The notes under the pieces are model-generated. The model searched no databases and had not been told where the DNA came from. It saw only the letters and a program-made list of their open reading frames with translations. 32,202 nt of DNA from NCBI GenBank assembly GCA_010093605.1, contig MU004198.1, forward strand, positions 1,490,726 to 1,522,927, read 5' to 3'. The translations under genes and the position numbers were made by a program. Below, piece by piece: positions 22,570-32,202 of this stretch (positions are counted from its first letter, which is position 1; the number at the start of each line of letters is the position of its first letter). Origin of the DNA: Lophium mytilinum (lineage: Eukaryota).

Positions 22570-23139
22570 GTCCATGGATTCAGGTTGCATCGGCTGGCGT
22601 ATGGATGAGCTATGGAGAGGCAAGTGCGACAGGTCTGTCTCATCTGGACGATGGGGCCGGCATTCATGCGGCTCTGAATCACGATTCCCAAGGTTTTTTT
22701 CCCATAACATCGGTCTCTGGCATGTCGAAGGGCGTCATGGTGGTTGCATCTGGGTCACGGTCTCTTTCGCTCTTTGCGGCATTACGATCAGGTAGCTAGG
22801 AGGTCCAAGCCCGTGCTCAAAACTCGGCATTCTCCCTCTTCATCAATAGTCATCAATGTTTATCACTCTTTCAAGCGCTCTCATGCTGAATGTGCCTTGA
22901 AAATTGAGAAGATCGTTTGGTATGCCCCTCTTTCAATTTCCCATGCGGCTTCGACAGTATGTAGATCTCGCAGCCTACGAATCAGGCTTGCGCTTCGCAG
23001 TCGCGCATATGAGACTAGGAACTATCTGTGGTCCCATCGCCGCATCGCAAAAGATCTCCTACGTTCACCATAAGGATACTATATTCTGTTTTTCCTTGAC
23101 TTTTTCTCTTCATTGCCAAAGCTCTCAAACATTCCCGTA

Positions 23140-23560
23140 GAAAGGCAGCAAGATCCGTAAGCAGCGTCCTTGGTCCGAAACCACGTCTGCTATCTGCCCT
23201 GCCTCGTCGTCCTCCACCTCGTCGTCCTCCGTCTCGCCTTTCTCCACCTCTCCTCTTCTACATCCTCCTCGTCCACCTCCTCCTCTTTTACCTCCTCCTC
23301 ATCCTCCTCCTCCACATCGCTCTATTCCGCCTCGGCCTCTCCGCCTCAGCCTCTCCGCCGCGCCCTCTCCCTAAACAGGTGTTCTTAATAATACAGAGTT
23401 GGGTCCTAGCAATATCCCGCCTAGCCTTGAAAGTGTCTACACGCGTGCTGTAAGGCCGTCTATGCAGACGCGGTGCACCGAGGCGGAAACTATTTGCGAG
23501 AAGCCTGGCTCAAAGCAGCGCGATTCTTCCCGCATAGCGACGCTGGAGGGCACTAAATGC
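23140..23560 (-). pseudogene. Degenerate coding relic with an acidic tract
   Basis: Minus strand reads AEAE*SDVEEDEEEVKEEEVDEEDVEEE and, after a frameshift, EVEKGETEDDEVEDDEAG. A CTAAC...TTTAG acceptor-like sequence lies at ~23553-23577. Confidence 0.4.
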
Positions 23561-25092
23561 AAAGGATGTGTGTTAGATATAGACTTGCTGTTCTTGTAGT
23601 AAGGTCACACCTTGTATTTTCAATTCTTCTAATAAGGAAGGAGCCCCACCGGCAGAAAAGACTCCTGTCGCTCGCAAGAAGAGCGGGGCCAAATATAGGT
23701 AGTAACTAAAGCCAAAGACAACTATCGATCTCGACAAAGGCTGTACGGACCAAGTTGTCAAGTCAGCAACGCCTGCGTGATGCAATGCCACTCGAGTTTC
23801 AATAGCGCCCCCTCTCATCCAGTCATATCGACAAAACAAACCGCTAACGAAACTCCTCCTCCTCTAGACGTGACCCAAGGGAGGTCCGCAACGTGATTCA
23901 TAACGGCCTAATTTTGGTAACACCGAGCGATTAGAGCGTACGGGGCAGGTGGTGTGGTGGGAACCCAAGAAAGGGTTCGAGCTCATGGAGGCGGTCGAGT
24001 TTGGCGAGTCCAATCTTGGCTGATATGTATTGTCCTACTCGTGCCACGCACCTGGCCTCATTCGCTCCGAAAACTGTAAGAAGCTCCTTAGTTTCGCTTA
24101 CGACTCTTCACTACTACCTCACCATAGAGCAATCGATGTTCCATACATGAGCACGCCTCGCCTACTCGCTTCGGTGCAACAGTCCGCCTGCGTTGTTGTG
24201 CCAGCTTCAACAGAACGCGAAATGGAGTAGAGAAGCCGACCGCCACGGTCGACACGTAAACCTGAGAGTTCCAGGAAATATGTACTGCTTAAACACCAGC
24301 AGTAACCGCTAAGCGGTGGATTCGGGCTCGACTAAATGCTCTCGATGCGTTTCAGCCAAGAACGCCATCTGCAAGATGATTCTCAGATTGAATCTCCTAT
24401 GCCGTCCCCGCCCTTGGCAGTGTATGTTTCGTCCAGCCTATTACTCTTTGTTCCCAGCTACCTTCCTGCCGTTGTCCGCCCCACCCCAAGGGTTCAGCTG
24501 ACACACTTCCCCATGACAACTCTTCGTGCTCTCAGTCCTTGCATTTCTCCTCTTCTTGGGCGGCACTCCGACATGGAATCACTTCAGCGCACGCTGCGTA
24601 TACGAGTGCCTTCGGTCTTCGTCTACGCGCGCGCTCTGAAGTGATTTCGTATGAGGTAGTGGAGGATGCAGAGGAAGAGTAAGAAGACAAAGACGAGAGG
24701 ATGAACGATGAAGGAGAAGCGCCTGGGGAAGAGATAATTACCCCTCCGCAGCGACACTATTAGCAAACATGAGACAGCATGGGACAAAATGAGACGGCAG
24801 CAACTAACACTTTTCGCAAACGTCAGTCCCATTGCGAGTTCCGCCCGCCCAAGTCCAATTTTTGTCCAGATGAGCTTTATCAACAAGGAAGGCAGGCGCT
24901 GCCAGCCGGTTCGATCGAAGTGCCAAAAGCTCTCGTTCGCGCTCACTCTCTCCTTTATCGAGGCTAGAAGAGCACAAGTATTCGTGACGAGAGCTTCTAA
25001 TAGAGGACCCAGAGTGCTTGGGAGTGACGTGCTAATGCCACAATAGTCGCACATGACCTCTTCTATATAACCCTAGCTTCCTCTGTATCACT

Positions 25093-25152
25093 CTTGTCCG
25101 TCTAATCCTCGTCCGTCTAATCCTCGTCCGTCTAAGCCTCGTCCGTTTAATT
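25093..25152. repeat. 15-bp minisatellite x4, consensus CTCGTCCGTCTAATC
   Basis: Four tandem units with 0-2 mismatches each. Confidence 0.9.
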
Positions 25153-25509
25153 CCTGGTCTATCGTGACCTCCTCCATCGTGTCCCCCTCCGCTGTGAGGT
25201 GTCACCATGATTCTGGATGCCGTGGCTTTTTCCGTTGTAGGATTACTATCCAAATTCGGCACGAATTATCACGCGTCTCGGGGTCTAACACCTTACATAC
25301 GTTGCTCGCGCGGGCTCGGTTCGTTACCGAATGCGACAGAAAGCTCGTAAGCATCTTCATTGGGATCGTTATCGTAATTCAGCTGGGGTCGACGGCGGAG
25401 GGGAGGGATGTTCCCGTGCTGGGGACATTGGATATGAACTGTTTCTATACACGCTGACATTGACATCGCCGCCTAACTCGATTACGCACACATAATTGTC
25501 TTTTTTCAA

Positions 25510-28500
25510 TTCAGCACGCTGTTTGCTTCAATGAGAAGCCACCTCCTTGTGAAAAGGAAGCAATCTGGAGGCAGAACGCCCTCCCTGCTGCATTTTCCGG
25601 ATTCAATCTCGGTGCCGTCTCTTTGGAGGGAGGGTGTGCGGTTCGGTCAGTGTCTAGCGAAGAGCGCAAGACTCTTTTTCTCGGAAGAGTCTGGGTCTCC
25701 CGCGCACTATCCGTCTCTCAAAATTTTACGAAACGCCTCGTCTTCAGCGGGTACCTTTTTAGTGATGAGTCTATTCAAAATGTCTCGAACTAGCGCCAGC
25801 ACAAGGCTTATCGGAAGACACTTTCCTCGGAGGCAAGAGGTCGTTGATATGGGCAATTGGTTTCGTAGCTCGTCTTCTTTGGTATCCAGTACCCAAGAGG
25901 AACGTGGGTTTGCTCATCGATTAATGGAGGAGCGGGAAGTTCTCAGTCTCGGAGATGGTACCAATAGGAGTCGTGATCGGGAGTGAGCTGCTGGTATCCA
26001 GAATGCTGGAATCAAGGAATTTTTCGGGCTACAGTCTGTCCTCAGCCTCCCAAGTTTGTGTCCTGGCGAATTGCTCGGCGCGAGACGCCTTGAGTACAGC
26101 AACTTCAGTCTGTCCATCCTTGCTGATCTGGTGCTCCGAGGTAAGCACCCATGTACGTCGGCCGGGTTGCGACGTTGATGCAAGCTGCGAAGATGGGACG
26201 ATCTTGCGATGCGCGTGGAATTACCATCTATGAGCTAAGAAAACTGATGTCTTCAAGATGTTCGCTTCGAATCCCAAGGCGAAGAGGATCCCGTTGGTGC
26301 GGAGTATCGATGTCATCGGCGAGCTTTCCATCTGAAATGTCTTCACGGCGCAGTGCTATTTGTTAGATGCGGCGATTCGTTGCAGGTTTTCGACGAGAAA
26401 GGTTTGGATATTTCAAATCTGAGACTCGTTTACGTCGCGCTCAGGCAACGTTCTCTAAGGCGCGCTCGTTCTTTCTCATCGGCTTGAGGGGAAAACCTGG
26501 CCGAGCGTGCCCGATTGGACCAGCCGCCCCTTTTCCCTCCTCCGTCCTGTTATCGAGCTCTTGTGATATTCTATCTGGAGCTGCATTCTTGGGTCGAGGA
26601 AAGACGGTTGCAGAACCCCGCTTTAAGAACCGAAAATCCAAGATGGGGATATTCTGGCAGCACATCGCTAGCACCGCACTCTCCAGTACGTTCTGCTACC
26701 TATGCCGCAACCCTCACGTCCTCGCCTACTGGATGCATGAGATCCGGGGCGCTTGGGTATTGAGGGATGTTCCGGCAGCAGTTCGCCGCGCAGTCCAGTC
26801 TTTCCACATCGGATTTTCAAGTTCTTCGCTAAGGCGGATTGCTACGTGTCTACTCTATGAAATGCCGCAAGGTGAAGTTCGGGAGTGCAATTAGGACTGC
26901 ACGGCAGATTTGGATTTTTTTACGACCTGCTGGAAAAGCGCCCGTGCTACTCAAGGTTCTCTCCTTCGAAAGACCTTCAGATAGGCAATCTCGCCGTCCG
27001 CCTGTCACGATGGGTGTGGAGAACCTACAACTCGACTGGTCGTTGAAAACGTGGTGGACATTCGACGGGTGGGTTTGCAGCTGGGGCGCTGTATCAGAAC
27101 CTGATGCTATAATTGTAACTGACCCCAATCTCAAGAAGGCTGGTCACCTTGAAGTCAGGGGTGCATTCTGGACCGAAGGAAGACTCTACCATCCCTCCAC
27201 TTAATCTGATCAAGCGTGTTTTGAAGACTCCCCGATATTACGATGTGTCTGTCGCGAACGAGGCGCTAATGTCTATATTATACCATTGTACGGCCGTCTT
27301 TAAATCATACTGGCCGGTGATTTCTGGTTCGCTTTAGGATATTCAGAACACCAAGCCCTGGGTCGTACCCCTGATACGAGAAGTCGGTAGCTAAGCATCG
27401 GGAAAACTCTCCTGGCGCACTTCACAGCTTCCTTGACACACGAGACCTCTGGAAGGGCCGTCCAGCCTCAAGATTGACGGGTCTCCTCAAGCACCCCAAA
27501 GGCCATCGATGGCTTCCCGTTCGTCATAGACCAGGCTACAACACGCATCAAAGCATGAATCCGTCCTCCCCGTGAACGCTCACCTTTAATGCGTGGGGTG
27601 CAGCTGTCAAAAACTAGGCGACAGCAGCTGAAGCACGCTTTTCATTGCTTCCTCACCCGCAAAAAGCCGACGCATGGCGTTACTCTTAGAACTTCAACTT
27701 CATTTCGAAGCGCGGCAGAGATATCAATAGCTCGTCTCCCTTCCGATAGACGATAATGATCATCTGACTCGTAGTCGACCCAAGGAACCGGAGAGACATG
27801 GGAGCTTGGTTTCGCATTTCGCGTTTGCACTTCAGAGAAAGCCGCCCAAGGGTCGTCATTTCATGTGGACGGACTTGCTGGCGAAGAGTATTTCCAACTA
27901 TCACTCGCCCACTTTCGGCAGTAATCCGGACACTTGAAGTGCGGAAAGGTCGTCTCAAGTGGCAATGATGGAAGACATTCGTAGATGATGCGAGATAGTG
28001 CATATGCGGCTGGGGTGCTCCAATTCGCACTCAGAGAGCACTTCCGCGAGAATTGGAACTATATCGACCTACTAGATATCAGTAGGATGACGACGCCGCT
28101 GTTAAGAGATGCAATACACAGAACCCGGGTTTTCGATCCATACTGGTGGCATTCATCTTAATCCGTGACAGTACTTGGTGAGTCAGTGTCTGGATTGCAC
28201 AAGAGCAAATCGCTCTAAATTTGAATATCGAGGCGTTTCGTGCAACGATCTTGAGGGAAAAAAGAAGCCCGTCAGCTCTTTTGGGCGAAATATTCTACGT
28301 CTGCAAGAACTTGGGACTCGCGTCTTGGGTCCCCAGAGATATATCAGCGCGGAGGTCGATAATCCGACGCTTCCTCGGCCATACCGTAGTACTGTGGGCT
28401 GTATGGTAGACGGTAAGGCTCTTTTCATGACCTCCAGCGTATGCATCGGACTCTCTTGGATCTTAGATGGGGCCAACATACCGTTTCAGTTCCGTAAGTC

Positions 28501-28660
28501 TGCATCGGATGGCTGCAACAACCATCGGCTGCTAGTGCGAGATGTGTACATCTTCGGGGCTCGGGTAATGCATGGAGAGGTCGTCAACGAAACCTGGATC
28601 GCGACGAGTGAGCCAGTTATTCTAGCTTGGATCCGAATCAGAGGGACGGAACGCTCTCAT
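25510..28660 (-). pseudogene. Long degenerate coding relic(s) of unknown family
   Basis: Protein-like minus-strand stretches broken by scattered stops and frameshifts, e.g. LVLALVRDILNRLITKKVPAEDEAFRKILRDG*, QNVLESAVLAMCCQNIPILDFRFLKRG and VAAIRCRLTELKRYVGPI*. Boundaries are approximate. Confidence 0.35.
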
Positions 28661-29279
28661 TGATGTTACCTAAACTGGGGCATTGCGGAACATATTACGA
28701 TGAAATGATAAGAGTACAAGTATACTTAGTGTTCGCGACGGGAGCGACAATGGCTATCACGATCCCCGCTACGACGGCCTACGCTTTGACGTCCTTTTGA
28801 GTCACCGTGGCCGGTGCGATCGGAGCGCGAATACGAGTAGCGTTGGTTTCCTAGTGGGAATTGGGAGCCACGTAGGTACTTACGGTGCGGGTCGAGCCAC
28901 TCCGCGGACGAAGACAGAAGTCCCGAGGACAACAGTCCTAGGTTGGAAATTCCCATCTGGCCCGCCAATGGGAAGATTCAACCATCTATTCACTAACCGG
29001 GCAGGCCTAGCAGAATTAGCGCACTCCTCCATACACCAACGTTCGGCCAGACTACCTAATGTAAGGGCACTAGAACTAGAAGTCGCCGCGTATACGTAGC
29101 CCCGCTTGACCCATCTAGCTTCCCCGCGGCCCAAATACTATGGGAAGGATCCTGAAGGCACCGCTCTAGACGATGAGCTTTCTCCGATTTGCGTCGCTAA
29201 ACGCTCTTATTGCTCCTGCGGAGAATTTTTGACCTTTCGAACAGCTGCTTATCTATAAGCACTTCGCCTTCCTAGGTTG

Positions 29280-30090
29280 CTCTCTCTTTCGACATCAACA
29301 CAGCGAGTTACCTATCCTCGCAAATTGGTTCGCCCCTTCTCACTTCGGCTCCAGAAGCCTTCCTACATCAATCCGAAGAATTACAGCCGGAGCTGTCGCG
29401 GACGACGGTCCCTCCGACGACGATTCCAACGCGAGGCATCACGCTCGCAGCCTTGCGTTTCGTTCAATGCGTCTCATTGTCTATTTATCTCAATAACACA
29501 GGGACTCAACTCTCTCTTTCGACATGAACATGAGTTACCTATCCTCGCAAATCGGATCACTCCTCCTACATCAATCCGAAGAATCACGGCCAGAGTCGTC
29601 GCCGGCGACATCGCAATAAGCACAGCGATGACGAAGAAGAGTCGCGTTATCTTTCCGACGACGGTTCCTCCGACGACGGTTCCAACGCAAGGCATTACCC
29701 ACGACCCTCGCAGCCACAAATTTTTGTTTAGCGCGTCTCATCCTATATTTATCTCTCTCAGTCTCCTTCAACACCAACACAAGGAGTTACCTATCGTGGC
29801 AAATCGGTTCAACCCTCCAGCATCAACCCGAAGAATTACAGCCGGAGTCATCGCCGGCAACATCGTAGTAGAAGCACGCTACCTTTCCGACGACGGTTCC
29901 AACGCGAAGGATCACACTCGCAGGTAATTCTCGCGTTTGACGCGTCTCATCGACTCTTGATGTCCACCCCCGGGGACTCGACTCTCTCTTTCGACAGCAG
30001 CACAGCGAGTTACCTGTCCTCGCGAATCGCTCCATCCCTTCTCATTTCGGCTCCAGATGCCATCCTACATCAACCCGAAGGATTACATGG
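29280..30090 (+). repeat. Degenerate subtelomeric tandem array, 4 units of ~220-250 bp (last unit partial)
   Basis: Units start at ~29280, 29510, 29762 and 29981. Shared blocks: ctctctttcgaca, gagttaccta/gtc, catcaaYccgaag and (first three units) ccgacgacgRttccaacgc and gcgtctcat. Confidence 0.9.
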
Positions 30091-31129
30091 TCCCCTGATG
30101 CAGACCCGGAAAGGTTTGGGCATGAGTTTGAGCACAGGCAGGACCTGTGCGTCGTTGGGATCGTCTTATAGGGGAATTTCGAGACAGAAGAGGCGAACCT
30201 TTAGCCACCGAGCGGCGTTGCAACCTCCAGTCTGCTCCTCCAGCGTGACAACGCGCTCGGTTAGGGCCGGCCTCGCGCAGTGCAGGAAAACCTGCAGGTA
30301 GGCGATGAAAAGCTGCAACTTTGGCATCCGCCCCGGTAAGACTGAATAGCTTAGATCAACTAGGAGTAGAGCGGGGCCAATACGTATTCAAGCGTCGGTG
30401 CAATGCCGGTTTTCGGAAGTGAGGAGAAGAATGTCGACAACAGAGACGCCAGCAAGGCAAACTCCATGACGAGCCATACTGTTCACACGCTATGCCAGCT
30501 CTAAGCTTGACTATCTACCTCCGATGCGCCATTACGCTACTCCAGCGATCATCCCCGCGGCTTAAATATCTATCAGTACAGCCACGATGCTGGTCTAGGT
30601 GCTTGGATGGGAACTGGTGGGCCAAAGCCCATCTTGGGCAGGAGAGGGCGAAGAGCTCCCCTGTTAGAGGAGGAAGATGTAGGTCTAGCTCAGTTGGGCG
30701 GAGTCTAGACAGGACAATTAAATACACACGGTAAGATGACGACGGGACGAAGCTTCACAACGGCTTGTTCAGATAGGACACGAAGATCTCGCAACTCATA
30801 CCCTCGGCCAGCGCGATATCAGTGGAGACCTGTCTGTTATTAGTGGCTGGCGGTTTCGGTAATGTTGCTTCAGCCTTCGTGCGTATAACAGCGGCGCCCT
30901 CGGAGATGCGGTGAAGAGTTTTGCACAGGTTGCAACAACCGCGTATGAAGGAATACTTGAGGGATTGCTTGTTGACGCAGTTGGGATGAATAAAATAGGA
31001 ACGTCGGTGGCGGAAATGGTGAAAGGTGGAAATCTAAAGGATAGTAAACCTCCTTCGTTTCGCGGGAGGATTTATAGATCTCGCGGGGGATCGGCCATGC
31101 TTCATTCTGACATCTCCATCTCCCTTATA

Positions 31130-31780
31130 GGCACGCAAATGCTGTTCTTCCTACCAGACGTCAAGGACAAGTTCTATCCAATGCTCCGGCGCCAGGCTGG
31201 GCTGGGACATGAGAAAGAAGGCTCTGATGGCGGCAGACGCGCTGCTCGTCGACAACCGCCACCCTCAAACCAGCACCCTCTGCTCCAAAGCGGGGAGCGT
31301 TCGATCCGTTTCGGCCACTTTCTCATCCGCGCAACCAGTGACACCCAGACTACTGCAGCCAATTGGCACATACTCCAGATCGTGACCAACTAAACACCGG
31401 ATAACCTTCCCATACCAATGAACTGATTCCGGAGCTTGACGAGTGGGCCGAGCAGTGCAGAACGTTGATTCTACACCACTGATCGAGCCTGCAAACCGCC
31501 GCCATCATCATGGGAGCGTCCAGGAAACTCAAAGAGGAGCTCGACGTCCTAAAGGGGCACGGAGAATGGTGATCGCCTAGTTAAGAGAAAACTGCAACTT
31601 GGATGTATGAGAAAGACGGGTTGGACGTGGAGTTGCGTCGGCGTAGACCGCGCAAACTCTCCGCCGACGTCGAGTATGTAGAAGATTAGGAGCTCTTCCG
31701 CGATAAAAGATGGCCGCCAGCACCTATCCCTAAGGACCAACTCAGAGACATTGATTCTATTACTGGCAACTTTCCTTGAG
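31130..31780 (+). pseudogene. Telomere-adjacent degenerate spliced gene relic
   Basis: An acceptor-like CTGAC...CTTATAG ends at ~31130. A single frame over 31400-31780 reads NELIPELDEWAEQCRTLILHH*...KLKEELDVLKGHGEW*...WMYEKDGLDVELRRRRPRKLSADVEYVED*ELFRDKRWPP with isolated stops. Confidence 0.4.
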
Positions 31781-32107
31781 TGTACCTTTTCGCAACAGCC
31801 TCTGTCCTTGGCCGCTTGGACGCACGCTTCCCTTTAGCTCCCACATTGTTTGACGCCAGACGGGGATGCATTTCGACGGGTTGCCGGCGCGAGATCGTAG
31901 GTAATATTGATTTTTTAGGTTGCCGGGGAGTGGTCTGGTGGCTCAAGGCGCCCTTAAAGACGTAGAAGAGAGTTAAGGCATACTTCCCCGTGGATATGGT
32001 AGGGGATTAAAGTTCAACCCGTATAGAAGCCCGCAGACGCAGGAAGCGCCCGGAAAGGGAAACCCGTTATACCCGTCGCCCCCGTAACCAGCAAGTGCGG
32101 AGGAAAA

Positions 32108-32202
32108 GGTTAGGGTTAGGGTTAGGGTTAGGGTTAGGGTTAGGGTTAGGGTTAGGGTTAGGGTTAGGGTTAGGGTTAGGGTTAGGGTTAGGGTTAGGGT
32201 TA
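32108..32202 (+). repeat. Telomere repeat array (TTAGGG)n, right chromosome end
   Basis: GG followed by 15 perfect TTAGGG units plus TTA to the end of the window, with the G-rich strand running 5'->3' toward the end. Confidence 0.99.

Noticed and set aside
29280..30090. CRISPR-like array
   Set aside because: Eukaryotic context; whole units are homologous with no unique spacers, and there are no cas genes.
31922..32020. tRNA/SINE-like A box (TGGTCTGGTGG) and B box (AGTTCAACCC)
   Set aside because: No cloverleaf, no matching acceptor stem after the T arm and no second copy in the window.
32040..32085. Hammerhead-ribozyme-like CCC-GGAAA-GGG-AAAC...GTC near the telomere
   Set aside because: The CUGANGA core is missing, and stems I and III do not pair.
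23100..32107. Telomere-linked RecQ helicase or telomeric retrotransposon
   Set aside because: No Walker A/DExH or reverse transcriptase (YxDD) motifs were recognisable in the frames I read; a heavily decayed copy cannot be excluded without a search.

Overview
Fungal (filamentous ascomycete) genomic DNA ending in a right-hand chromosome telomere, (TTAGGG)n at 32108-32202. The proximal ~22.6 kb is gene-rich. It holds an intronless UbiA-superfamily prenyltransferase/terpene-cyclase-like gene, a 7-exon Rab7/Ypt7 GTPase, a THI74/SLC35F5-like DMT transporter with a 6-nt microexon and a triply disrupted S10 serine carboxypeptidase pseudogene. It also holds an atypical short-chain dehydrogenase, two orphan ORFs with acidic tracts, a vWA-domain (RfeF-like) protein flanked by Pro/Gln/Gly/Tyr repeats with a probable alternative exon, and a divergent DHA1 MFS transporter/SAM methyltransferase pair. 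Two inverted copies of a ~215-bp TA-flanked Tc1/mariner-type MITE bracket a 12.3-kb block. The distal ~9 kb has no convincing intact gene: it consists of stop-riddled coding relics, a 15-bp minisatellite and a 4-unit ~230-bp degenerate tandem array, then the telomere. All calls are from manual reading; no searches were run, and I found no unambiguous novel multi-gene system.
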